A stretch of 63,728 nucleotides of DNA, the filler included, from Welwitschia mirabilis (Eukaryota), in NCBI GenBank assembly GCA_051453625.1. It is 6 parts of one record of this genome, joined end to end, with 100 filler letters (N's around TTAATTAATTAA, not from the genome) between each part and the next. Parts side by side here need not be neighbours in the genome. Positions count along the whole stretch, not along the records: positions 36,322 to 48,219 come from JBOZIK010000001.1; positions 48,320 to 61,385 come from JBOZIK010000001.1; 4 more parts are not named here. One strand, 5' to 3'. A model generated the notes under the pieces. The model saw nothing but the letters and a program-made list of their open reading frames with translations. It made no database searches and had not been told where the DNA came from. The position numbers and the translations under genes were made by a program. Every line of letters begins with the position of its first letter. The stretch's first letter is position 1. Positions 42,301 through 54,142 of this stretch are shown in pieces.

Positions 42301-44043
42301 AAAAAATCTAAAACCACAAAAATTCTGACAGAAAGAAAGTGGACTATCATCTAGACTATTGTGGAGATGACAAGAAGAATGATAATTTATTTAATTTATG
42401 GAAAAGAAAATATCAAAAATGCAAAAAATTTTAGGACGGTCATCCTTCAGGTTATGGGGATGATAGATACAACGATAGTCTATTATGAAGAAAAACAAAG
42501 AAAAATTGCAAAAAATAAAAACTAATTTCAAAATTTTAAATTATCATGGAAATGGCATCAAAATGTTGCAGTATGAATTTATGCAATCTTGAAGTCCTTT
42601 ATGTAAACATGTGAATCAAATAACTTGTAGAAAACACACTTAAGTATAGACCGGAGTTCACTTGAATGTTATAATCTTAATAAAGGCACTAGGCTCAGAG
42701 TTAGAGAATTGATTTTAAAAGGTATTTTTAGTCTTTTGTCTTATAAAAGATGGAAGGAAATAAACACATAAATGCAATGAAAATGAATAGATATGAAATC
42801 CGATGAATGGAAATGGAAATGGATTCTACTTAGATCTTAGTCCTTCTATTATAAATATTACCTTTTTTATAAATTATATCAATTAAGAAGAGCTTCCAAC
42901 TAGTTTTTAATCAACATAAATTATGAGATATATACAAGTAAGATACTTAATGCAATATGATTTGGAAAGGAAAAGTAATGTAAATCTACTACTAACCAAG
43001 ATCAACTTTAACAAAGATTGTTCTTATGATCTAGATAAATCATAGATTTATCACAATAAACTATTATTAAGTTATTAGGTTTAGCTTAAACTTGTTTAAG
43101 TCACTGTCAAATCACTAAAATCACCTATCATAGCATAACGTTAGAACTAATCCACCATTTACAGGAAACAAAAAATCTCATAAACATAAATCATAAGGGA
43201 TATTCATATAATTGAAATGAAAAGAGAACTTGTATTAATTCAAAGAGTATTCAAGAACATTACATCCATTTATAAATAGAATAATAGCACCTCAATAGAA
43301 GAGACTTAGTTTAACACCAAAGAAACTCCCTTCTATAGCTCTAGATGGAGCTCTTACCCTTCAATCCTTCATTACAAATATCTGATACAAAAGATGGAGC
43401 TAGAAATAAAGGAGGATAAGGGTATTTATAGTTTTGTGTTTTAGGTTCTAGAAGCAAAACTCTAAAGATAGGAAACAAAGCCCTAACAACTCACATAAGT
43501 TGCTTGACCACATTTACAAAGATATTTCTTCTGAACATGCAAACATAGTTATCATCCTATCTATAATTGGGATGACATAGGGGACATCACCATGTACCAC
43601 ATGTTTCCATGCCCCGCTATCAACCCCTAAGCTTCTGTCCATGTTAGTAGTGTCATCATCCTACCTGTCATGAGGACAACATAGGGAACGACGCCATGTG
43701 CCACGTGTCTCCATGTGCTCCATATACTAATGTCATCCACACAGCCTCTGTCCATATTAGTAGTGTTGTCATCCTAGCTATTATGGGGATAACACAGGGG
43801 ACGATGATCTCCCTTTCCTCCAATCTCAAAGGTAAGTCAGTCTTTTGCATCATAAATTTCTTCTTCCAAATATGCAGTATCAGAGTAGGTCTGAGAAACT
43901 ACCAAAAATACTAAGGATCACATGTTTTACTAATCATCATGTCAGATCTCTATAGTCATCAATATTGCATTAAAACTTGTGTGAATTTCTTACAAAAGTA
44001 CTCAAAATACATCATCAAATTCCTACAAATTGGCATCACAACA
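36322..44043 (-). mobile_element. Decayed Athila-like element B1 (LTR, PBS, gag-PR-RT-RH-INT); 3' end cut by spacer
   Basis: LTR 42564-44043; degenerate PBS ~42546-42561; protease LIDIGASVNIMPL (~40225-40262); RNase H ORF 38268-38534 (MCDASN...YTTIERE); integrase ORF 37564-37842 (HSGFYWPTLFKD...CDACQ). Confidence 0.85.
42564..44043 (-). repeat. LTR (~1.48 kb) flanked by a PBS on one side and a PPT-like end on the other
   Basis: tgttgcag at 42564 and catcacaaca ending at 44043; minus-strand TATA (tatttatag ~43413). Confidence 0.75.
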
Positions 44044-45818
44044 TAGTCCCTTACTTAGCCTTGTCAGACCCTAACAAGACAAGTGATCAACTAGATTGTG
44101 AGCCAATTTGACTAAGATAAAATAGTTCTTAAAAGAATGTAAATTGAGTTCCATTAAATCATGTAAAAAAATTATAGCACCAACAGGTAATTGATATAAA
44201 TGTTAAAGAAATTTTTTAAGCCCACTACTTAAGTATGTCACTATAGAATAAATGAATTCTATACACATATAGAAATCATAAAAATGTAACTTTGATGGCT
44301 TATAAAATGAAACTGTGTATGCATATTACAGCAATAGTGATAATGGACTATTATGACAAGCTTAAGTACTATTATCTTTTAGAAAATAATGTCTTCAAAT
44401 TCATTAGTGTCATCAATAAAGGCAAAGGATAAGCGTAGATATAGCACATTTTAGATGATTTGAACACATGGCTATGAAAAAACTTATGAGTGTGTCCTCA
44501 ATCCTGCAAGATAAAGTTCATGAATTCTCCAAAAATTTATTCAAATAACATGAAAAACTCATCCAAATAACCCATCATAAATTTAGATTGTAAAAGCTCA
44601 GAAATTAAAAAATTTATGCTGATAAGTATAGATTAACGCCTAGAAAGGTGTCCTACCCCCTCATCCCCCACATAGGAGAAGTAAGATGTCCCAAATTATA
44701 GCAGGAATAAAGTATCATTGTTGTTCCTCTGTCATTGGGATGATAGGCATGAGATGACGGTTATCAAATCAGTTGTTTAAAGAGGAAGGGGAAGCCAAAA
44801 AAATCCAGAAAACAAAAAACTTAAGAAAACAACAAAAAAAAGATAGAAAATAGGGAAAAGGTGAAGAAACATCCTAAAAAGAAACCTCATGATGGAAAAG
44901 GAAAAAGTGATAGTAGAAGAAAAATGCACTGAATGCAAAGAAACAATGCCCAAAGACTCCTCAAATGTGCCTGAATGTAAGAAAAACTAGAACTCATCAA
45001 ATCATGGAAACCTATCAGAAAAAAAACAATAATCCTCTAGAAAGAAAATATGGATAAATAATAGGAAACTAGCAAATGATTAGATCCATAATATGATGCT
45101 AAAAAAGTATAAAGAATGGATTTGAAATCCAACAAAAAAACTAAAGAAAAACAAAAATGAAAATGGACAACTAGGAACATGAAGAAGATTATTTTCTTAT
45201 CCTAAATGCTAACCTAACAAATTTACTTAAAAATGATCATAAAATCACTAGATAATGATACATAACATAATGCAAAAATTCATAACTTTTCACTCGAATA
45301 GACAATGATTATGATGATGTTGAGTATGCTAATATTATAAAATGATGAATGATAAAATAAAAATATATTTAAATAGGAACTTACAAGCTACCATATTAAA
45401 ATAATTATTAGAATCTAAAAAGTAGAGTGATCATGTGGAAGTACTAAGAATAATTAAAGAAAAATAAGTCTAAAAAATAAGAAATGCCTCTAATGATACT
45501 AGAGATACCACTGATCTCATAGCCTCAAAATGCAATGTATTTTTTCATGATGAGGAAACTGCAACCACTGCCAAAGGAGTAAGGAGCCATACAACATGGC
45601 CACCTAATCCCTCAGTGGAGTTCTCACAGCTATCATATCACACTACCAAAGGTCCATCTTAGGAATATTTACCCCAGTGCACTTGTAGTAGGATATCATT
45701 ATTATTATGTTTTGGAGACATAACATGAAAAAACATGGCTTTCCTTCTTTGTCTTCTTCTTATCCTCGTCCTACTTCTCCTCCTCCATTCCTCCCTCTCC
45801 CTCTCCCTTCATCCCTTC

Positions 45819-45845
45819 CTCTCTCTCTCTCTCTCTCTCTCTCTC
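45819..45845. repeat. (CT)n microsatellite running into a gap
   Basis: Direct sequence. Confidence 0.9.
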
Positions 45846-45979
45846 NNNNNNNNNNNNNNNNNNNNNNNNNNNNNNNNNNNNNNNNNNNNNNNNNNNNNNN
45901 NNNNNNNNNNNNNNNNNNNNNNNNNNNNNNNNNNNNNNNNNNNNNACCATGTTTAAAGATATAACATGAAATAACATGG

Positions 45980-46023
45980 TTCTTCTTCTTCTTCTTTTTC
46001 TTCTTCTTCTTCTTCTTCTTCTT
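45980..46023. repeat. (TTC)n microsatellite
   Basis: Direct sequence. Confidence 0.9.
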
Positions 46024-48219
46024 TTTTGAGTAGCATTCCACATGACCAGTACTTTTAAGGATAAAAGTAAAGGAATGAAATGAGTAACAAAGTAAGATCA
46101 TGTAAAAATAACTAATTTACTCACATCATTTAAAGACAATAAAAGAACCAAGGAATCTTCCTTCTAAAATGAAATTCACATACATACGAATGTCTAAAAA
46201 TTAGATGAAGCCAATGTTATCATTAAAAATGTCCATGTAAAATATTACTAATCATGAAAACTTTATAAGTAAATACATATCTCAAGTTAAAGATATTCAA
46301 GTGATAACATGATGTTTACCTAAGGAATAAGTTAAGAAAGAATTTAGATAATGACAAAATAAAGATCCTCCTCATCAAGAGGGGCTTCCAAAACAAGTGC
46401 TTCTATCATATTCAAGATTTCATCAGATGATGACTCATAAAGTTTTAACCTTTATTCATTAACCTTTTGGATTTTTCTAGTGTTTAGATCAGAGATTTAA
46501 ACTAAGCCATTTAAGTGTACTTTTTCTATAATATAAGTACCTAACCTTTTATAAGTTAACTTGTTATGTAAGAGGTGTCCTTGAGTGTTATACAAAAAAA
46601 CAATTTGACCAAGTTTAAACTGTTTATGAATAATCTTTTTATTATGTCTAAACTTGGCTTGAGTTTTATGAATGAGTTGACAATTAAGGCATGAGTGTTT
46701 TTTCATCTAAATGGTTGATTTGGGCTAGTCAAATTTTAATATTTTCATTCAAGTCAACAAGATTAAGTTGATGGATAGAATGATAAGAATTATAGCAAAC
46801 ATCAACTGGTAACACACACACTTTGTCATACACAAGTTCATAGGGTGAGAAACCTAGAGAGTTACAAAAAGTAGCATGGTAATNNNNNNNNNNNNNNNNN
46901 NNNNNNNNNNNNNNNNNNNNNNNNNNNNNNNNNNNNNNNNNNNNNNNNNNNNNNNNNNNNNNNNNNNNNNNNNNNNNNNNNNNNNNNNNNNNNNNNNNNN
47001 NNNNNNNNNNNNNNNNNNNNNNNNNNNNNNNNNNNNNNNNNNNNNNNNNNNNNNNNNNNNNNNNNNNNNNNNNNNNNNNNNNNNNNNNNNNNNNNNNNNN
47101 NNNNNNNNNNNNNNNNNNNNNNNNNNNNNNNNNNNNNNNNNNNNNNNNNNNNNNNNNNNNNNNNNNNNNNNNNNNNNNNNNNNNNNNNNNNNNNNNNNNN
47201 NNNNNNNNNNNNNNNNNNNNNNNNNNNNNNNNNNNNNNNNNNNNNNNNNNNNNNNNNNNNNNNNNNNNNNNNNNNNNNNNNNNNNNNNNNNNNNNNNNNN
47301 NNNNNNNNNNNNNNNNNNNNNNNNNNNNNNNNNNNNNNNNNNNNNNNNNNNNNNNNNNNNNNNNNNNNNNNNNNNNNNNNNNNNNNNNNNNNNNNNNNNN
47401 NNNNNNNNNNNNNNAGTGAATAATTTTCATGGAGGTCTTTTAGTCACTAAAGTATCCTTCATGTATTCCACCGTGGTAAATTTTTTAATTTTCTAAGGTT
47501 TTCCATTTAGGCACACATTTATGCATAATTTAATCTTTGCAACGTTTATAAAAATGGGTTCATTCTATTCATAGTTATCGATCCTATGAAGAAAAGTTTT
47601 GTATTGATTATGATCCCAATTCTAAGGAGTTTTCATAGTCATATGGTAATTCATGATNNNNNNNNNNNNNNNNNNNNNNNNNNNNNNNNNNNNNNNNNNN
47701 NNNNNNNNNNNNNNNNNNNNNNNNNNNNNNNNNNNNNNNNNNNNNNNNNNNNNNNNNGATCCTATGAAGAAAAGTTTTGTATTGATTATGATCCCAATTC
47801 TAAGGAGTTTTCATAGTCATAAGGTAATTCATGATGTCCCCATACCAAAGAGGTAGGTGAGAAGATGAGATAGCATATAGTTGTTTAATAGCAAAGTGTT
47901 GCTCATCAAAAAGAGAGTCATTAATGGGAGTTTCATCATAAGAGCAAGAAAGTCAAGAAAAATGATCAAAAACACTATTATGTTTTCTAGCCTTATCAAT
48001 GATGGTAAGATTAAATTCTTACATTACAAGAATCCACCGAATAAGTCTAGCACTCAAATCTTTTTTAGTCATGAGATAGCGAATGGCTGCATGATCTCTG
48101 TAAAGATTGAAAGGAAAACAAGAAGATAATGTTGAAGATGATCTAAGCAAGAGATAGTAGCAAGAATTTCTTTCTCAGTGGTAGTGTAGTTGTATTATGT
48201 ACTTGATAAAGTTTTGATA

Positions 48220-48319
48220 NNNNNNNNNNNNNNNNNNNNNNNNNNNNNNNNNNNNNNNNNNNNTTAATTAATTAANNNNNNNNNNNNNNNNNNNNNNNNN
48301 NNNNNNNNNNNNNNNNNNN
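48220..48319. other. Artificial assembly spacer N44-TTAATTAATTAA-N44
   Basis: Same 100-nt linker. Confidence 0.95.
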
Positions 48320-48460
48320 CTTTCTAGATGACCCCATTTAACTTCCCTTTTTCTTTTTAATATTACAACAAGAAAAGGGACTATATAAAAAATATAAAGT
48401 CACACTATAAAGGAATAAATAACATCAAGAGATTTGGCTTCACTTCCAACACTAACCTTG

Positions 48461-48829
48461 TCTCTAATACCAATATGATGTAGAATGCAGTAGGGAATGG
48501 AACAAAGACAAAACTAAAAAAACAGGAAAAAAGAACTACCGAAAGAGGAAATAAATTTCTTTGATTTCTAAATATACAATTCCCAACTTTTGATTGCTAG
48601 TTTATTACACATTAGATAGGCATTTATAGTAAATCCCATGACTAGAACACACTTTAGAATGGAAAGGAATGGGGTCATTTTTGAGAGAATTATAAGGAAA
48701 GGTTCAAAATTTTTACTCAATATTTTGTTCTCATTTTCTTTTGTCCTTTTGTTGTTCTTTGGTAGTTCTTGGTCTCTTTGGAATTCCAATCTAGAAGTTT
48801 TCCTTTGACTTTCACTTTTCATTGCATCA
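48461..48829 (-). mobile_element. Short 5' LTR (48476-48829) with TGATG/CATCA termini and Met-type PBS; CRM-like
   Basis: tctctaatacca (degenerate gctctgatacca) at 48461-48472, tgatg at 48476, catca at 48825-48829, minus-strand TATA (atttatag ~48623). Confidence 0.6.
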
Positions 48830-48939
48830 TTCGCTAATCTTAGTGAATAAATAAGTTAAATCAACAAATGCTACCATGTTAGCCTTTATACCTAGATGAA
48901 GTGGACCCAATGAAAGCCCAAGATGAATGTTTTGCCAAT

Positions 48940-49010
48940 GATGAATTGGTCCAACTAGTAAGACACTCATTTGTTATTTAAGAGGTTGTGGGTTTGAATC
49001 GCATATCTTG
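48940..49010 (+). mobile_element. Possible degenerate tRNA-derived SINE head or tRNA pseudogene
   Basis: A-box-like tggtccaactagt (48947-48959) and B-box-like ggtttgaatcg (48991-49001) at Pol III-like spacing. Confidence 0.4.
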
Positions 49011-49195
49011 TTTGGCTTCATGAGTGCTTAGGCATAATTAAATAATCCATTTAGGCCATCACAACATTGTACTTTTAGAGGGAAGTACAATCATTAAAGT
49101 TACAAGTTTTACATCCTCTCTAAAAAGGAATGTTTTTTGCTTAAAACAACAATGACAATGAAAAGATGAATAGATAATTCAAAGTAAAAGAGAAT

Positions 49196-49291
49196 CACCT
49201 CATTTCTATGAAAAGGGTTAAGGTTAGGATTAAAATAAAATAAACCACCTCATTTCTAGAAAAAGGTTAAGGGTGGGATTAAAATAAAATA
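49196..49291 (+). repeat. ~50-bp tandem duplication
   Basis: cacctcatttcta...ggttaagg..ggattaaaataaaata present twice. Confidence 0.8.
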
Positions 49292-50348
49292 CGACCTACA
49301 AATTTTTGACCTAAGCGCATGGAGCTTCTCGACATAAGAGATCCGACTTCCAACCAAGAATACTCTACTATGAGGATACCTACCAAATGTCCACAATGTA
49401 ATTTATATAACATGGAAAGACACATTCAAATCTAAAAAATCTAATTCATGCCTCGGACAGCTTTCTAAACCTAACATACACTTCTGACAAGATTTTTCCC
49501 TAAAAACTACACAAGAATATGGCATATAAGCTTATAGTTAGTCCAAATCTAGCAAATGACATATCAATCTGAAGGTAAAAGAGAGAACGATTCATTCTAC
49601 TTGGTTAAAGTGTGAAATTTCACCCATCAAATTGAGGTAACTTCAGAAACATTTTAAAACTTTTTATTTACCTTTTTAACTTGAAAAATAAAATTTAGAA
49701 CTTTATAAAGGTGAAAGTTATATGACAGGTTATCCTAATTCAAATAAACTTCTTTATTTATTTAAAATTTTCAAAAGATGATCCTACACCAACCCACCCC
49801 TTCAATTCCATAAAGTCAAGAACATAACTTTTCATCATGCTATATAGTAGTTCTATCCATTTATGTTCGACAAACAGCATATGTTTGTAGTAAGCAGAGG
49901 TAATTTATACTAAGTGCCATTGACATAATCGAAGCACTACATCAGATGATGTAAGCAGAAATTCACTAAGGAAAGCTCAAATCCAATACAATCTCCAAAC
50001 GTTTGTCATTTAGTATTTAGGCAATATAGGATTCTAAAGGACTAGAACATTGTTACAATTTTCTTTTTTGTATCATACAGTCATGTTTGAATTTGTGGTT
50101 AGAAATTGTCGAGAACAAATTTCATAATACTAAATTATAAAGAGTACATATACCATATTCAATACCTAACAGCATCATCAATACCTCTCTTCATTCTATG
50201 AAACACTGTTCTTCCAAAACAGCAAGCCAAGTATATAATATGGACTATGGCCTATAAAATCCAACGTTTAGGATGGAAACAAATACACCATCGTATGTGA
50301 CGATCAAATCCAACATAGTTCCATAGATTTTGAGTCACTTTAGGAAGG

Positions 50349-50444
50349 TTATAACTTTGAAAGTGGTTTAAAGCCTTTGCGTGTCAATGTAGCCTGAATT
50401 GTTCCATAAGGTTCATCTGTGGGTACATACACATCGTGCTCAAA
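50349..50444 (-). CDS. UOX: Urate oxidase (uricase), terminal exon: FEHDVYVPTDEPYGTIQATLTRKGFKPLSKL*
   Basis: ttgcag acceptor; plant uricase C-terminal motif DVY.PTDEP.G.I.A; PTS1 SKL; TAA at 50349-50351. Confidence 0.93.
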   Translation of the reverse strand, partial: FEHDVYVPTDEPYGTIQATLTRKGFKPLSKL

Positions 50445-50543
50445 CTGCAAAATGGAAAATGAACAAAAACATAAAATTCACATTACAGAGACAAGTCATC
50501 TTGAATTTTTATATCTGATACAAGGATAAAATTATATTTCCAC

Positions 50544-50622
50544 CTTCACAATATTTGAAAGATTGGCAGGAAGGAAATGGATATTCGGCATGCTTAATTG
50601 TATAGAATCAATTTCCGAGATC
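50544..50622 (-). CDS. UOX: Urate oxidase, penultimate exon: (R)ISEIDSIQLSMPNIHFLPANLSNIVK
   Basis: cag acceptor and gt donor; phase fits both neighbours; conserved MPNIHFLP motif. Confidence 0.93.
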
Positions 50623-50721
50623 CTGTGAGAAAACGGAAAATACCATGATTGTTTCTAAAATAATTCAAATAAAGTAATTCAAATATATAGTCTGGTAGCA
50701 ATCAGTCTAACTAGTGAATAC

Positions 50722-50871
50722 CTCTGCAGTACAGACTGAGCCATTAAATAAAGAGTGTTTTGCACAGAAGGACTGTATACACCCATTTCTGGTGGACCCA
50801 AGAACGTATTTGACAAAAGCAGCTTCACATTATTGTAGGTAGTATTGAAGCAGGATGGTTTTCTTAAATAA
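50722..50871 (-). CDS. UOX: Urate oxidase, third-last exon: YLRKPSCFNTTYNNVKLLLSNTFLGPPEMGVYSPSVQNTLYLMAQSVLQ(R)
   Basis: atgcag acceptor and gtattc donor; conserved GPP..GVYSPSVQ.TLY.M motif; upstream exons are not in the window. Confidence 0.93.
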
Positions 50872-50999
50872 CTGCATAACAAAAAAACATGATAAACTCA
50901 CTTACAGCTGAAAATTTTGTAGCGAGTGTAATTATTCTGCCAAACATTAAAAGCATAAACCCATAACATTTCATTATTTGGTTGTCAAGTCATTATCAT

Positions 51000-52444
51000 G
51001 AACAATGGCAAGATCAATTAAATCAAGCCAATGATATCAAAGAAACTGAATCCTGATAACATCCCTTTCAAGTATCAAAGATTAGAATGAATGAATGAGT
51101 CAAAGAGTGTTGACGATTTGTACCAATATGTCTCAAAAGCAGCCATCACAAGGGTTTTCTGCTGTAAAAGTGTGGAATAGCACTATGACATTCTGTCAAG
51201 CATCTCTTGCCAATCTACAGGGTAATATATTTGATTTCGAAACACGTCAGGAAGATGATGTTTGGTCTTTAACAGCTCATCTTTTGTATTCCTTCAGTCA
51301 AGAAAACCTTCTCAATTTGCCAGAGATTATTTTTTGCAATCTCTGTGAGCATATAGTTCACATACCCAACACAGCTCTTCCCTATGGTGGCCTTGTCTCT
51401 TAAGTCTGCTACAGTGAGCTTGTATGCGCAGCTAGGGATAGGGAAAGACTGAAAACAGTCACTGCCCTAGACAATTCAAGACTTGGAAGGCTGAGGATTT
51501 TTCATGGAGAGGAGGAACCTGTTAGATTTTTTGGTTTCAATGATAAATTTGGTGTCATCATACTCCAAAGCTTAGTGGATTTTACTTCTTATGGGTCATG
51601 TGGGAATAACAGTGTAAATGAATATTCTGACTCTTTGATCTTAATTATCTCTTTTGTTGACATCCTTGATTTGTGTATGTGATCCTCATTTAAATGTTTC
51701 CTCATATATATATATATATAATGGGCAGTTGAACAATGTATCATTGTACATGTTTGGATACCTTGATACGACATATGGTTCTTTTCAACTTCAAACATTC
51801 GGAGTTGTTTCTTTTGACCATTTCATCTTGCCTTAACATGTATTATTATTCACTTTTATTTCTAGTATCACATCTCTAGCAATGCATCTGTATTGGAATT
51901 TGTGTAGTTTTGCATCTTAGTTGTTGTACTTGCCAGCTTTTCCTTTATGACAAAAAGGGGAAGGAATATTTGTGGTAAGTCAATCATCCTAGAGATATCC
52001 TTAGATATTCAATTCATGATTGGAAGTTGGAAATGTTATGAAACAAGTGACGAAGACAGACCAAAAAAAAGGAAAAAAGGAACAAGCAAACAAATGATAT
52101 GACAAAGTTTGGGCCCTTTTTACTCTCCTTTCTCAAATTGGCATAGAGCTCCGTTAGATACATTGCAAAACGAGCAATAGCAAAGAACACAAGCTGTTCC
52201 TCTAGCTCAAGCCACAACCTATTGGTGAGAATATAAAATAACCCTAACCCCAACCACACCCTCAGAAGAAACCCCCTCCTCCATTTTATAGTATAAGGGT
52301 CTAATACAAAACTAGAAAAAAACATTGACCCCACCCACCCTTTTTTTCCCTTGTCTGTTTACAATGTAAAGTCACTTCTAAAATAAAAGAGGAAGAGAAG
52401 GTTTGTCATCACAATAACCAACTCTCTTCCACTTCAAGACAAAT
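51000..52444 (+). mobile_element. Older SIRE-like remnant in the uricase intron: env-like ORF piece, PPT and partial 3' LTR (from ~51971)
   Basis: ORF 51095-51403 ends AHLLYSFSQENLLNLPEIIF...ALPYGGLVS; tgacaaaaaggggaagga PPT-like at ~51948-51965, followed by TG; cut by the LTR at 52445. Confidence 0.55.
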
Positions 52445-53535
52445 TGTTAGGATCAATAGGCACCCTAGAGGGGGGATGAATAGGGTAATTTAGACTTATT
52501 GCTAATTAACAACAAATTCAGATCTTGCACATAAATGGAAATAACACAAAAGTGGCACAAAATAAATGAAATGACAGATGCATTAGATTTATAATGGTTC
52601 GGTAATCTTTGCCTACTCCACTCACAGGGGGAAGCAATGTGCTTCCAGCCTCCTGGTTCCCTTAAACAACACCCAACAGCTTGGGCACAATACAACATCC
52701 TTCTGCAAGGGTTACAATCAATCCCTTCTCACAGGATGCACAAGCTCACTCCAAAGAGCCACTAGAGAGAGTAGAAAGCAAGAGGTCTAATGGTGTAATT
52801 GCCTTTAACACAGTACATTAGCAAATGAGCACAAGATCTCCAATTACAAATGACATCTTGGTGAAGTACAGATCGTATGTAAATCTCAAATTTTAGAATG
52901 ATACAATCATGGAGCATTGCTCACTACAATGCATAAATCTGGCTTTGTATAGCCTAAGGGTTATAAGATAGCCATTGGAACCTCAAGAGTGAAGCCCTAG
53001 TCGTTTATTGCACAACCCTAGTTGTTTATTACACAACCCTGGCTGTTTGTAAATTGAAAAACATCACTTTGGCGGCTACAACAGTCATATTCCGCTTTAA
53101 CGTTCACCAAGCCAGACGTCTGCAACTTTTAGACTGGATGTTCTAGTTGTAATGCCAGATTCATATCAAAACTAAGAAGAAGCTCGGATGTCCTGATTCA
53201 TAACTTGGACGTCCCCATAAATTTGGGTCATATACAAAGTCGGACGTCCTGTTAGCAAATTTGGACATCCCCATACTTGATTCCTGCATACAAGGTCAGA
53301 CATCCTAGTGACAGAGCTCAGATGTCCCCATACATTTTTCCGTGTACAGGGTTGGATGTCTTGATGACAGAGCTTAGACGTCCCCATACATTTTCCCATG
53401 TATAAGGTCGGACATCCCATAGAACAAGCTGGACATCCCGGTTGGCACAACTTCTGATTTGCACGATTTTGGTGAAGTCAATGCCTACCCTTAGACATCA
53501 TTGAAACCTTGGATACTTCGACAGATTCTTCCACA
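52445..53535 (-). repeat. SIRE 3' LTR (1091 bp)
   Basis: tgttaggatcaataggcaccctagagggggg...ttcttccaca; PPT atctcccacttctca at 53536-53550. Confidence 0.88.
53183..53441. repeat. Palindromic repeat-motif array in LTR U3 (~56-bp unit, ~4.5 copies, two GGACGTCC-like cores per unit)
   Basis: cggatgtcc/tggacgtcc/cggacgtcc/tggacatcc/cagacatcc and similar at regular spacing. Confidence 0.85.
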
Positions 53536-54142
53536 ATCTCCCACTTCTCAATGATGACAACTTGTGCATAGATTTGACAAGATAGAGAAAGGAATACTCC
53601 CCCTGAAGTTGGGCTCCTTAATCAACCTGTGATCTACACAAATTGATAACACACAAAAGGTCCCTGCTGACGGTTTAGTGCAATAGAGTTCTATCAAAAT
53701 TAAAAGTGTACAACATATCAGAGATAGGCACAATATTTGTAGAATTGAAACGTATATTTGAAAAACATCATTTGAAATTGAACTAGATACAATACGCGTG
53801 ACAATCCATTAATATGTTAGATAAATTTAGTATCTTATCTTCTTCCCCTTTGTCATTCTTGAAAAGTAAACAATAAACTAGCACACAGATAATTTGGAGA
53901 GAAAAAAAGGAAAGTATTGTATTCATTAGATTTGAATTACAACGGAGTTTGAACAGGAATACACAATAAAAAATCTAATTTGAGAATGGAGATATACATA
54001 AAGTGAGAAGGAGAGGACAAGAAAGCTAAGAGGATGAGTCATCATGCTCAGAAACAGTAGGTTCCTCCTCTTCTTCCTTTGAACCAGGAGGAATCTCCAA
54101 TCCATAAGCAAACAAACCAAAGACTATCTGATCCACACGCCT

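Larger units (their letters stand above)
44044..48219 (-). mobile_element. Athila-like element B2: RNase H-integrase remnant and 3' region, same family as B1
   Basis: 46132-48219 is colinear with 36322-38460; ORFs 46497-46706 and 46729-47430 are integrase-like. Confidence 0.85.

Noticed and set aside
45707..46101. Poly-K/R/ER ORFs
   Set aside because: They are microsatellite translations
50901..50945. gtaagt donor-like site suggesting another uricase exon
   Set aside because: The implied intron would be only ~34 nt and the translation does not resemble uricase
53172..53450. Cys-rich repetitive 92-aa ORF
   Set aside because: It is a translation of the LTR palindromic repeat array
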